Assembly (NCBI GenBank): GCA_964016885.1
Contig: OZ024761.1
Coordinates: 12,524,001-12,588,000 of the forward strand
Source of the DNA: Eledone cirrhosa
Lineage: Eukaryota
DNA: 64,000 nt
Direction: 5' to 3'
A model generated the notes under the pieces. The model was not told the origin of the DNA. It was given only the letters and a program-made list of their open reading frames with translations, and did no database searches. A program made the translations under genes and the position numbers. This document shows positions 28,279-41,924 of this stretch, piece after piece; the stretch's first letter is position 1; each line of letters begins with the position of its first letter.

Positions 28279-28827
28279 TAAATATATATGTATATTTATA
28301 TATATTTCGTTTCTGAATTTGTTTAGCAAGATTCTTTATCTGAAATCGTGTGTTGAAACCGATATTGTTATACTTTGGGAGGGTCTTATTGGCAACATGA
28401 CCCTCCCAAAGTATAACAATATTTATATATAATTGTATGGTTGCAAGAAAAATTGACAGAGGATTACAGAGTCAGGTTCGATCTATAATAGGTCTTTCCT
28501 CGAGCTGATTGATAGTGAAACATATGTAATATGTTATTAAATATGGCATGATGCAACACTAAATCCTTGTTCCTTTATTCTTATACTATATATATATAGT
28601 ATATATATATGAGTGTGTGTATTTATATATATATGCATAATCCCACACTAATATTTCACCTTTTAACGACCGCCACACGACCAATATAATTGCGCTATTT
28701 TTCAAAATGTTTCTAGCGTCTATAATAACGGTCCTTTTCTGTTTTAATGTATTCTTGTTAACTTATATCACTTGTGATTTGAATCTGTACCTCACTGCCG
28801 TTAGCGAGCTTATACTATTAAGACTAT

Positions 28828-29136
28828 AAACATTTGTATTTGTAAAGCCAAAACAATGCAGGTATGGACATAGAATATAAATGCAAATGCAAAAGATATT
28901 CCAGTATTCTAAGCTATTTAGAACACTGGTTTAACCGCTTTACTTCCCTCCAAAGAAGAGATATTATCTCGAAAATTAAGGACATTTAAATAAATTTAAG
29001 GTAAAAGACTAATTGTCAACAATATCTTTTGCATTTGCATTCTTTATTCTATGTCCATACCTGCATTGTTTTGGCTTTACAAATACAAACGTTTATACCT
29101 CATTACACAATGCTTCAAGTGAACTATAACTTCCTC
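28828..29136 (+). mobile_element. Hairpin stub flanked by a 13-bp direct repeat
   Basis: Arms about 28826-28900 and 29021-29097; ctattaagactat at 28815-28827 and 29137-29149. Confidence 0.6.
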
Positions 29137-29200
29137 CTATTAAGACTATGTTAAGGTATGTCAATATCTTAACACCAAATATTATATTATATCTGATGAA

Positions 29201-29386
29201 GGGCGGTGGATTGGCAGTATCGGTAGAGAGTCGGACGCCATGCTTTCCAGCATAGTTACGTCCCTTTACGGTCTGAGTTCAAATCCCGCCGAGGTTGACT
29301 TTGCCTTTCATCCTTACGGGATCGATAAAATAAAGTACCAGTAATGCACTGAGTAATTGCTGGCCTTGTGCCAAAAGTAGAAACAG
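29201..29386 (+). mobile_element. SINE family B with 19-bp TSD
   Basis: Near-identical to 11005; TSD ttatatt(a/t)tatctgatgaa at 29182-29200 and 29387-29405. Confidence 0.85.
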
Positions 29387-29392
29387 TTATAT

Positions 29393-29446
29393 TTTATCTG
29401 ATGAAAGCACACAAAAACTTTGTGTCCTTGAAATATGTATAATAAA
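29393..29446 (+). ncRNA. Type I hammerhead ribozyme
   Basis: tttat-CTGATGA-aagcacacaaa(aac)tttgtgtcctt-GAAA-tatgta-TA-ataaa. Confidence 0.8.
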
Positions 29447-29499
29447 TGATATTTTCCATTTAATAATATTGTTAATATATATATATATATACATGTGTA

Positions 29500-29980
29500 C
29501 GAAAGGCCAGTTAAATTATGCCTGTGTGAGATGCGTGATGCTGCATGGTAGTGAGACATGGGCAGCAACTGCAAAGAGTATGCGACGGCTGGAGAGAAAT
29601 GAAGCAAGCATGCTCCGTTGGATGTGCAATGTCAATGTGCGTGAACGACCAAGCATGGATGAGTTGAGAGAGAAACTGTATATAAGAGGGATAAGTTATG
29701 TTGTGCGGGAGAGAAGACTGCGATGATATGGACATGTGATGCACATGGAGGATGACTACTGGGTGAAGAAGTGACAAGAAATCCCAGTAGAAGGAAGACG
29801 CAGTAGAGGAAGACCACGAAAAACATGGACGGAGGTTGTGAGAGCAGACCTCAGATCGCTGAAACTCACGGTGGAGATGACGAAGGACCGTGATAAGTGG
29901 AGAGATGCTGTGCTGAATAGGACCCGTCCCACCCTTGCAAGCAAGGAAAAGCAGACGTAAAATGATGATGATGATGATGA
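29500..29980 (+). mobile_element. 5'-truncated RTE LINE 3' end
   Basis: MLHGSETWA..RRLERNEASMLRWMC..RRLR*YGHV..EGRRSRGRPRKTW..DRDKWR; (GAT)n tail. Confidence 0.9.
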
Positions 29981-30577
29981 TATTATATATACTATATATA
30001 TATATATAAGAACCCAAAATCAGTTCTATGTATGTAAATCAAGGTCCACACACACATACAGTAACAAACACACACATACACACACTAACACACACACACA
30101 CACACATACACACACAGGTAAAAAGAGTTTTAGAAAGATAAGTCTAACACAGCTGCAGTTTGCTCTGTCTTTTTTTTTTCTTGTAATTGAGGAGTGACTG
30201 ATGGGAGTGGTGGGGGACTGGGAAGGGAAGCAGGGAGGGGAGCTGAGGGTGAGGGGCAATAATGGGGGGGGTGTATTGAGCCCCAATTTCACATGCTATC
30301 AACATCCAAAACATGTATGCCATCTGCGTTAAAGTATAATAATACTCTCATACATGCAACTATTCAACCCCCCACCCCCACCACCACAGTCACACCCACA
30401 CCTCAGCCAGACCCTACCCTTCTTCTGTCATGCCCCACACTCCACAGACAGAGAGGTATAGGATTGAGTAAGATGCTGAGGGCAAAGGCTCGGGGTGATG
30501 TGGGGTGTGGAGAAGATGAATTGACAGGGGAGGGAAAGATAATGAATAATTAGTGTGAGCAAAGAAAAAATAGGGGA

Positions 30578-30614
<37 letters not shown>

Positions 30615-31157
30615 TGTCATCATCATCATCATCATCGTTTAACGTCCATCTTCCACGCTAGCATGGGTTTGGACGGGAATGTTCCCACTTGAGGCAAGTT
30701 TGGTTGTCCTGCTCATATAGGACTGTCTGGCGGGTTTTCTACGGCTGGATGCCCTTCCTAACACCAACCACATTTACAGTGTGGACTGGGAGGTTTTTAC
30801 CGTGTTACCTACACGGCCACATTACAGCGTGGACTGTATGTTTTATTGTCATGATACCTACACGTCTGGCGGGTTTTCTACGGCTGGATGCCCTTCCTAA
30901 CACCAACCACATTTACAGTGTGAACTGGGAGGTTTTTACCGTGTTACCTACACGGTCACATTACAGCGTGGACTGTGTGTTTTTTTTTTTCGTGACACCT
31001 ACACGACCTCATTTGTTTAGCACTGGATGTTGTGGTACCAACATAACTTTACATTGGAAGGGGTGGTGTGGATGGGGTGGTGGTAGTGGGGCCGGGGTGT
31101 GTATATATATATATATATATATATACACATAAATATATATATGTATATATATATTTA

Positions 31158-31525
31158 GGAGGCACATGGCTTAGTGGTTAGAGCATTGGCCTTGCAATCG
31201 AAAGGTTGTGAGTTCAATTCTCAGACCGGGTGATGTGTTGTTTCCTTGAGCAAGACACTTTATTTCACATTGCTCCAGTTTACTCAGCTGTAGAAATGAA
31301 ATGATAGGGACTGGGGTCCCTATCATTCCACTGCAGGGGAACACCCAGCACTCACTGCAGGGTGGACGTGTGGGCGCCACGGAAAAAGGGCACCCAGCAC
31401 TCACTGTAAATGAGGTTGGTGTTAGGAAGTGCATCCAGCTGTAGAAATCAAGCCAGAATCAGTTCCCGTCCCACCCTTGCAAGCAGGGAAAAGCGGACGT
31501 AAAATGATGATGATGATGATGATGA
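31158..31525 (+). mobile_element. Full-length SINE family A
   Basis: tRNA head with A/B boxes, ccttgagcaagacactt core, 3' tail shared with the RTE LINE, (GAT)n. Confidence 0.9.
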
Positions 31526-31538
31526 TATATACACATAA

Positions 31539-31569
<31 letters not shown>

Positions 31570-31824
31570 TATATATGTATATATATATATATAAATATAT
31601 ATATATACACATACATATATATGGAGATTTGAGACCGGCCCTCACCACTTCCACTAAGATCTTCATTGGTCTTACTCGACGGAGTCTTCCCTCCACTGGG
31701 ATTTCTTGGTACTTCTTCACCTGGTGATCATATCAATACACATTTCGGGAATCAAATTGCCACGATAAAAAGCACCCAGTCCACACTGTGATGTTGTCGT
31801 GTAGGTGTCACGCCAAAAAGCACA

Positions 31825-33725
31825 CAACCACTTTACTGTGTGGACTAGGTGCTTTTTCTCGTGACACCCCACCACTTTACAGTGAGAGCTGGGTGCTTTT
31901 TGTCATGACACCCCACCATTTTACAGTGTGGACTAGGTGCTTTTTCTTGTGACACCCCACCATTTTACTGTGAGAGCTGGGTGTTTTTTGTCATGACACA
32001 CCACCATTTTACAGTGTGGACTAGGTGCTTTTTCTCGTGACACCCCACCATTTTACTGTGAGAGCTGGGTGCTTTTTGTCATGACACACCACCATTTTAC
32101 AGTGAGAGCTGGGTGCTTTTTGTCATGACACCACACCACTTTACAGTGAGAGCTGGGTGCTTTTTGTAGTGACACCCCACCATTTTACAGTGTGGACTAG
32201 GTGCTTTTTCTCGTGACACCCCACCACTTTACAGTGAGAGCTGGGTGCTTTTTCTCGTGACACACCACCATTTTACTGTGTAGACTAGGTGCTTTTTCTC
32301 GTGACACCCCACCACTTTACAGTGAGAGCTGGGTGCATTTTGTCGTGACACACCACCATTTTACTGTGTGGACTAGGTGCATTTTGTCGTGACACACCAC
32401 CATTTTACAGTGAGAGCTGGGTGCTTTTTGTCATGACACACCACCATTTTACAGTGAGAGCTGGGTGCTTTTTGTCATGACACCCCACCACTTTACAGTG
32501 AGAGCTGGGTGCTTTTTGTAGTGACACCCCACCATTTTACAGTGTGGACTAGGTGCTTTTTCTCGTGACACCCCACCACTTTACAGTGAGAGCTGGGTGC
32601 TTTTTCTCGTGACACACCACCATTTTACTGTGTGGACTAGGTGCTTTTTCTCGTGACACCCCACCATTTTACTGTGAGAGCTGGGTGCTTTTTGTCATGA
32701 CACACCACCATTTTACAGTGAGAGCTGGGTGATTTTCGTCATGACACCCCACCACTTTACAGTGAGAGCTGGGTGCTTTTTGTAGTGACACCCCACCATT
32801 TTACAGTGTGGACTAGGTGCTTTTTCTCGTGACACCCCACCACTTTACAGTGAGAGCTGGGTGCTTTTTCTCGTGACACACCACCATTTTACTGTGTGGA
32901 CTAGGTGCTTTTTCTCGTGACACCCCACCACTTTACAGTGAGAGCTGGGTGCTTTTTCTCGTGACGCACCACCATTTTACTGTGTGGACTAGGTGCTTTT
33001 TCTCGTGACACCCCACCACTTTACAGTGAGAGCTGGGTGCATTTTGTCGTGACACACCACCATTTTACTGTGTGGACTAGGTGCATTTTGTCGTGACACA
33101 CCACCATTTTACAGTGAGAGCTGGGTGCTTTTTGTCATGACACACCACCACTTTACAGTGAGAGCTGGGTGCTTTTTGTAGTGACACCCACCATTTTACA
33201 GTGAGAGCTGGGTGCTTTTTCTCGTGACACACCACCATTTTACAGTGTGGACTAGGTGCTTTTTCTCATGACACCCCACCATTTTACTGTGAGAACTGGG
33301 TGCTTTTTCTCATGACACCCCACCATTTTACAGTGTGGACTAGGTGCTTTTTCTCATGACACCCCACCATTTTACTGTGAGAGCTGGGTGCTTTTTGTCA
33401 TGACACACCACCATTTTACAGTGAGAGCTGGGTGCTTTTTGTCATGACACCCCACCATTTTACTGTGAGAGCTGGGTGCTTTTTGTCATGACACCCCACC
33501 ATTTTACTGTGAGAGCTGGGTGCTTTTTGTCATGACACCCCACCATTTTACTGTGAGAGCTGGGTGCTTTTTGTCATGACACCCCACCATTTTACTGTGA
33601 GAGCTGGGTGCTTTTTGTCATGACACACCACCATTTTACTGTGTGGACTAGGTGCATTTTGTCGTGACACCCCACCATTTTACTGTGAGAGCTGGGTGCT
33701 TTTTGTTGTGACACCTACACGACCC
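31825..33725. repeat. About 45-bp minisatellite derived from a SINE internal segment
   Basis: gtgacaccccaccattttacagtgagagctgggtgctttttgtc; resembles 3390-3450. Confidence 0.9.
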
Positions 33726-33861
33726 TTTCTCATATTTACATCCTCCTTGATCTTGTTCTTTTTATCCTGTGTCCGGTCCCCTTCATTGCCTCCATCTCTC
33801 TTCTCCCCTCTCTCTTCATCTTCCTCCCTCACAGAAATAAGTTTGTAAACAACCGACTTAC

Positions 33862-33932
33862 ATAACTTTCTCAAACATTATCTCTGATAAGTAAGCAAGT
33901 ATTTGCAGTTTATTTATATTGCACTGCTCCAG
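33862..33932 (-). other. Candidate 71-nt exon
   Basis: Strong donor TAT|gtaagt; open LEQCNINKLQILAYLSEIMFEKV from the cctag acceptor. Confidence 0.3.
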
Positions 33933-34418
33933 CTAGGCCACAACCAAGTGTCTGCAACCAGTCCAAGTATAACAGAGTAAATATATATAATATATATATA
34001 TATATATGTATTATATATATATGGTATCCCAGAAAAATGTATACACACTTTGATTACTTGAACAGGCAATATTTATTAGAATGCTGTTGAAGTGTGTATA
34101 CATTTTTTTGGAACACACTGTATAGAGAGAGAGAGAGGGGGGGGGTGATAGATAGATATGTCTGTCTGTCTGTCTGTCTGTCCCTATGATAATACAGATA
34201 TAAAGATAATATAAGCTTAGCAATTTTGAAGAGTTTGGTGTTTATGTGTGATAATGTTGTTTATGTGTGATAAAGAAGATATGATAATGTGGTGTTTATT
34301 GGGTAGTATCCATGACTGAGTGGAATAAAGAAACTCCTCTTCACAACAACAACAAAATCATTTCTAGCATTGTGGATTAAATTGACCCAAGTATATAACT
34401 GTTATTTTATTTGACTAC

Positions 34419-35060
34419 CTACTTCTCTGAATTGAGAGATCACAGCTCTGATACTATGGACATGTGGTTAGAGTGTCTCAGGAAAGAATCTCTGGACAGA
34501 TTTGTAGCTGAGAGATCAGAGAGGCACTCCAGGTAGAGCCACTACTTCTCTGAATTGAGAGATCACAGCTCTGATACTATAGACATGTGGTTAGAGTGTC
34601 TCAGGAAAGAATCTCTGGACAGATTTGTAGCTGAGAGATCAGAGAGGCACTCCAGGTAGAGCCACTACTTCTCTGAATTGAGAGATCACAGCTCTGATAC
34701 TATAGACATGTGGTTAGAGTGTCTCAGGAAAGAATCTCTGGACAGATTTGTAGCTGAGAGATCAGAGAGGCACTCCAGGTAGAGCCACTACTTCTCTGAA
34801 TTGAGAGATCACAGCTCTGATACTATAGACATGTGGTTAGAGTGTCTCAGGAAAGAATCACTGGACAGATTTGTAGCTGAGAGATCAGAGAGGCACTCCA
34901 GGTAGAGCCACTATTTCTCTGAATTGAGAGATCACAGCTCCGGTACTATGGACATGTGGTTAGAGTGTCTCAGGAAAGAATCTCTGGACAGATTTTACAG
35001 GCAAAACCAACGAACAGGAGACCCAGGGATAGACCCCAAGCAAGATAACATCCATGAAAC
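34419..35060 (+). repeat. 123-bp tandem repeat (about 4.7 copies) of an RTE LINE ORF segment
   Basis: Period 34419/34542/34665; EALQVEPLLL*IERSQL*YYGHVVR; single-copy homolog at 58790-58960. Confidence 0.85.
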
Positions 35061-35582
35061 TCCCTTTGGTTACAAATGACAATATTTGCACCTAGAAAGT
35101 TCTCCCCTCCAAGTCCCAAATCCAGGCAAGGTTTGTTTGTGGAAGACCAACAGTCGCCCATGCATACCAGTCTCCCCTCTCCACGCCACCGATGTTGTCC
35201 AAGGGAAAGGCAATGGCTGATACAGATACAGCTTGACACCAGTGATGTCACAACTCATTTTTCCAGCTGAGTAAACTGGAGCAACGTGAAATAAAGTGTC
35301 TTGCTCAAGAACACATCACAAAGCCCAGTCCAAGAATCAAACTCACAACCTCACGATTGCAAGCCCAATGCTCTAACCACTAAGCCATGTGCCTTCACAA
35401 TAGTATATATATAGAGTAATGTAAATGCTAAAGGGTTAAAATTCACAAATCCTCCACCATCACCGACACCTGTCCCTCGGCCCCTCTCCTCTGTCCCCAC
35501 AACAATTTATTTTTATTTCTCTCATCCTCTTGTTTTCGTCAGTAATAATAAAATTAATAATATTCTCCAAGATTAAAAGATG

Positions 35583-36050
35583 TATTGTTATACTTTGGGA
35601 GGGTCATGTTGCCAATAAGAACAAACAACCAACCAGTAACATGTAAATAAACAAATAAATAAACGAATATAAATACACACAGACACCCGGATGTAACACA
35701 TGCGCAAACTAAGCACACAACACACACACAAAATCAAGATGGCGTAGCACAGAACAAAGGAGAGGCACAAAAAACAAAGAAAAGAACCCCCAGTCACTGA
35801 AGAGGTCACAGAATGTGTGACGAAAGAACTTTGACAATATATGAACAACCATCTGGTTGTGGAACCAACCAACCAACCGGAAATTTATAAATTCCTAAAT
35901 TTATAAATTTATTATAATAAATTGAAGTGAAAGCAACTGGTGCGTGTGTTTCTTATTGGCAACATGACCCTCCCAAAGTATAACAATATCGGTTTCAACA
36001 CACATTTTCAGATAAAGAATCTTGCTAAACAAATTCAAAAACAAAAGATT
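35583..36050 (+). mobile_element. HHR-bearing element with inverted arm (related copy 28303-28412 on the minus strand)
   Basis: Arms about 35583-35620 and 35950-35989; HHR 35793-35835 gtca-CTGAAGA-g-gtcaca(gaatg)tgtgac-GAAA-gaac-TT-tgac. Confidence 0.65.
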
Positions 36051-36098
36051 TATTGCTGTCCATTTATTGCAACAAGCAGATAAGTAGTTGCACCTTAC

Positions 36099-36121
36099 CT
36101 TTGAAAACAAAATGTCTTCCC
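36099..36121 (-). other. Candidate 23-nt micro-exon
   Basis: ttgacttatcttacag|GGGAAGACATTTTGTTTTCAAAG|gtaagg, both splice sites near consensus. Confidence 0.45.
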
Positions 36122-36224
36122 CTGTAAGATAAGTCAAACACAAGTTGAGCAGTTATGGTTGAAGTGACTCTTAAACTACCCTATCCCCTCCCTATAAAAC
36201 TCCCTCTCTTTTTCTCACTCTGTA

Positions 36225-36255
<31 letters not shown>

Positions 36256-36386
36256 GATGGTTGCCCCCTTAATATTGAGTATGGCCATTGCACGATAGAA
36301 CATCATTAATAATTATTAGTTCATTCTATCGTGCAATGCCTGCGCGTGAAGATGTTTTTTAAAGTGAGGAAAGACTGTGCACTGAG

Positions 36387-38410
36387 CTGGGGTACACACA
36401 GTAAATGCTGGGGTACACACAGTAAATGCTGGGGTACACACAGTAAATGCTGGGGTACACACAGTAAATGCTGGGATACACACAGTAAATGCTGGGGTAC
36501 ACACAGTAAATGCTGGGGTACACACAGTAAATGCTGGGATACACACAGTAAATGCTGGGGTACACACAGTAAATGCTGGGATACACACAGTAAATGCTGG
36601 GGTACACACAGTAAATGCTGGGGTACACACAGTAAATGCTGGGGTACACACAGTAAATGCTGGGATACACACAGTAAATGCTGGGGTACACACAGTAAAT
36701 GCTGGGGTACACACAGTAAATGCTGGGGTACACACAGTAAATGCTGGGATACACACAGTAAATGCTGGGGTACACACAGTAAATGCTGGGATACACACAG
36801 TAAATGCTGGGATACACACAGTAAATGCTGGGGTACACACAGTAGATGCTGGGGTACACACAGTAAATGCTGGGGTACACACAGTAAATGCTGGGGTACA
36901 CACAGTAAATGCTGGGATACACACAGTAAATGCTGGGATACACACAGTAAATGCTGGGGTACACACAGTAAATGCTGGGGTACACACAGTAAATGCTGGG
37001 ATACACACAGTAAATGCTGGGATACACACAGTAAATGCTGGGGTACACACAGTAAATGCTGGGGTACACACAGTAAATGCTGGGGTACACACAGTAAATG
37101 CTGGGGTACACACAGTAAATGCTGGGATACACACAGTAAATGCTGGGATACACACAGTAAATGCTGGGGTACACACAGTAAATGCTGGGGTACACACAGT
37201 AAATGCTGGGATACACACAGTAAATGCTGGGGTACACACAGTAAATGCTGGGATACACACAGTAAATGCTGGGGTATACACAGTAAATGCTGGGGTATAC
37301 ACAGTAAATGCTGGGGTACACACAGTAAATGCTGGGATACACACAGTAAATGCTGGGATACACACAGTAAATGCTGGGGTACACACAGTAAATGCTGGGG
37401 TACACACAGTAAATGCTGGGGTACACACAGTAAATGCTGGGGTACACACAGTAAATGCTGGGGTACACACAGTAAATGCTGGGATACACACAGTAAATGC
37501 TGGGATACACACAGTAAATGCTGGGGTACACACAGTAAATGCTGGGGTACACACAGTAAATGCTGGGGTACACACAGTAAATGCTGGGGTACACACAGTA
37601 AATGCTGGGATACACACAGTAAATGCTGGGATACACACAGTAAATGCTGGGATACACACAGTAAATGCTGGGGTACACACAGTAAATGCTGGGGTACACA
37701 CAGTAAATGCTGGGGTACACACAGTAAATGCTGGGATACACACAGTAAATGCTGGGATACACACAGTAAATGCTGGGGTACACACAGTAAATGCTGGGAT
37801 ACACACAGTAAATGCTGGGGTACACACAGTAAATGCTGGGGTACACACAGTAAATGCTGGGATACACACAGTAAATGCTGGGGTACACACAGTAAATGCT
37901 GGGGTACACACAGTAAATGCTGGGGTACACACAGTAAATGCTGGGGTACACACAGTAAATGCTGGGATACACACAGTAAATGCTGGGGTACACACAGTAA
38001 ATGCTGGGGTACACACAGTAAATGCTGGGATACACACAGTAAATGCTGGGGTACACACAGTAAATGCTGGGGTACACACAGTAAATGCTGGGGTACACAC
38101 AGTAAATGCTGGGATACACACAGTAAAATCTGGGACACACTAGGATTACACAGTAAAATCTGGGGTAGACAGTAAAAACTGGGATACATAATAAAATCCG
38201 GAATACGCAGTAAAAACTAAGATTACACAGTAAATGCTGGGATACACAGTAAAATCCGGAATATACAGTAAAAGCAATTACACAGTAAATCTGGGATACA
38301 CAGGAAATCTGGGATACACAGGAAATCTGGGATACACAGTAAATCTGGGATACACAGTAAATCTGGGATACACAGTAAATCTGGGATACACAGTAAATCT
38401 GGGATACAAC
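36387..38410. repeat. 21-bp minisatellite (about 80 copies) decaying to 18-bp units
   Basis: ctggg(g/a)tacacacagtaaatg. Confidence 0.95.
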
Positions 38411-38514
38411 AGTAAAAATATTCATTAAAAGCAACAGACATAAATATCAACTGTCAAATTATATTGAAATATCTTTCATTCATGTGAAATATAACACCTA
38501 CTAAATTATACAGC

Positions 38515-39654
38515 TGCTACTACTACTACTACTACTACTACTAATACTGCTGCTACTACTACTACTAATACTGCTGCTACTACTACTACTAATACTGCTG
38601 CTACTACTACTACTAATACTGCTGCTACTACTACTACTAATACTGCTGCTACTACTACTACTAATACTGCTGCTACTACTACTACTAATACTGCTGCTAC
38701 TACTACTACTAATACTGCTGCTACTACTACTACTAATACTGCTGCTACTACTACTACTAATACTGCTGCTACTACTACTACTAATACTACTGTTACTGCT
38801 GCTACTACTACTACTACTGTTACTGCTGCTACTACTACTACTACTACTACTGCTGCTACTACTACTACTGCTGCTACTACTACTACTAATACTACTACTA
38901 CTACTACTAATACTGCTGCTACTACTACTACTAATACTGCTGCTACTACTACTACTAATACTGCTGCTACTACTACTACTAATACTGCTGCTACTACTAC
39001 TACTAATACTGCTGCTACTACTACTACTAATACTGCTGCTACTACTACTACTACTACTGCTGCTGCTACTACTACTACTACTGCTGCTGCTACTACTACT
39101 ACTACTACTGCTGCTACTACTACTACTACTACTACTACTAATACTGCTGCTACTACTACTACTAATACCGCTGCTACTACTACTACTAATACCGCTGCTA
39201 CTACTACTACTAATACTACTACTACTACTACTGCTACTACTGCTGCTACTACTACTACTACTACTACTGTTACTGTTGCTACTACTACTACCACTGTTGC
39301 TGATGCTACTACTACTACTACTGTTGCTACTACTACTACCACTGTTGCTGATGCTACTACTACTACTACTACTACTGTTGCTACTACTACTACTACTACT
39401 GCCATTACTGACACTAACACTAATACATGGATTAACACCAGACATTAACTAATACACTACTACTACCACTACCACTACTGATATCAACACTACCACCACT
39501 ACTACTACTACCACTATCACTACTACTACTACTGATATCAACACTACCACTACTACTACTACTGATATCAACACTACTACTATTACTGATATCAACACTA
39601 CCACTACTACTACTACTAATGATATCAACACTACCACTACTACTGATATCAACA

Positions 39655-39686
<32 letters not shown>

Positions 39687-39812
39687 GATATCAACACTAC
39701 CACCACTACCACTACTACTACTGATATCAACACTACCACCACTACTACTACTGATATCAACACTACCACTACTACCACTACTGATATCAACACTACCACT
39801 ACCACTACTACT
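38515..39812. repeat. (CTA)n-based compound repeat
   Basis: actactaatactgctgct and ctgatatcaacactacc units. Confidence 0.9.
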
Positions 39813-39826
39813 ACATGGATTAGTAC

Positions 39827-39878
39827 CAGACAGCAAAATGTTCCAAATTTTGGCTCAGTTTCTTTAACTTTTAACATC
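39827..39878 (-). other. Candidate 52-nt exon
   Basis: ggaacag|G ATG TTA AAA...CTG|gtacta; in phase with 41735-41764. Confidence 0.25.
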
Positions 39879-40009
39879 CTGTTCCACATGAAACCACATT
39901 AGACAAATAGTAATAGAGTCCCTTCATATATATATTGTGTATGTAAGTGTATGTATGTATATATACACACACACACACATGTGTATATATACACACACAC
40001 ACACATGTG

Positions 40010-40045
<36 letters not shown>

Positions 40046-40106
40046 TGTATATATATACATACACACACACACACCTATATACATATATACATACACACAC
40101 ACACAC

Positions 40107-40149
<43 letters not shown>

Positions 40150-40418
40150 TGTATGTATATATACATACACACACACCTATATACATATATACACACACAC
40201 ACAGCAATATACACAGACAGCAACACAAACACACACACAGCAATACACACACACACAGCAACACAAACACACACATCATTACACACACACACAGCAATAC
40301 ACACACACACAACAATACACACAAACACACACACAGGAACACAAACACACACAGCAACACACACACACACACACACACACCAATACAAACACACACACAC
40401 AGCAACATACACATAGCA

Positions 40419-40482
<64 letters not shown>

Positions 40483-40488
40483 CAATAC

Positions 40489-40519
<31 letters not shown>

Positions 40520-41347
40520 ACAATACACACAAACACACACACAGCAACACAAACACACACATACAGCAACACAAACACACACACACACAGCAACACACAC
40601 AGACACAGCAACACACACACAACAATACACAAACACAGAGAGAGACACACACAGCACAGCAATACACACACAGCCACATAAAGTGCAGTGTATTTAGTGG
40701 GCTGTTTAGTTAAGACTACAAAATGTCAGCCGACTCCACTGAACTCAAACTTCCAGCTTCTCCAGTCTTTTCTAGGGTTTTAGATATTTACTGAGTCATG
40801 GAAATGGAAATTGTGGGACACAGCAAACTGTTACCCTTTCTCAATTGGTACCGACATTTTCATATATATATACACATACACAAATATATATATATAGACA
40901 CACACAGACATACACAAATATATATATATACACACACACACACATATATATATATGTGTATATATATTTACACACACACACATACACAAATATATATATA
41001 TATATATACACACACACATATATATATATATATACACACACATATATATATATACACACACACACATATATATATACACACACACACATATATATATATA
41101 TATACACACACACACATATATATATACACACACACATATATATATATATATACACACACACACATATATATATACACACACACACATATATATATACACA
41201 CACACACATATATATATACACACACACACATATATATATATACACACACACACATATGTATATACACACACACACATATATATACACACACACACACACA
41301 TATATACACACACACACACATATATATACACACACACACATATATAT

Positions 41348-41392
<45 letters not shown>

Positions 41393-41538
41393 ATGTATGT
41401 GTGTATATATATTTACACACACACATACATTAATATATATATATATATATATATACACCCTCACACACACATACACAAATATATATATATATACACACAC
41501 ATACAGAAATATATATATATATACACACACATACAGAA

Positions 41539-41569
<31 letters not shown>

Positions 41570-41734
41570 GATATACACAAATATATATATATACACACAC
41601 ATGTACATACACACATACATCCACATATATACACATACAGACACACACACACACACATACACATATATATATATATACACACGTACAGACACACACATAC
41701 ATATATATACACACATACACACATACACACACAC

Positions 41735-41764
41735 CTCTGGACTAAGGGATATTCTATTATTTCA
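41735..41764 (-). other. Candidate 30-nt exon
   Basis: ttttaactaatccag|TGAA...GAG|gtgtgt; phase 2-2 EIIEYPLVQ. Confidence 0.3.
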
Positions 41765-41924
41765 CTGGATTAGTTAAAAGGTTATATGATCAGACATTAG
41801 CCAACAGCTCTTACTATTTCACTCTATTTGGGTGGTAAACTTAATGTTGCCTGGTTAAACACCATTACAGAAATGTCTTTTGATCATAGGGTCTGTCTAC
41901 TTGATCAGACCTATTCTCAGGGCT

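Noticed and set aside
28950-28980. HHR-like aaGAAGA-gatattatctc-GAAA
   Set aside because: C3/U4 missing and no helix I/III pairing.
31158-31230. tRNA gene
   Set aside because: tRNA-like head continues into a multi-copy SINE body; no clean acceptor stem.
36316-38434. 600-690 aa ORFs on both strands
   Set aside because: Pure translations of a 21-bp tandem repeat with no unique coding flanks.
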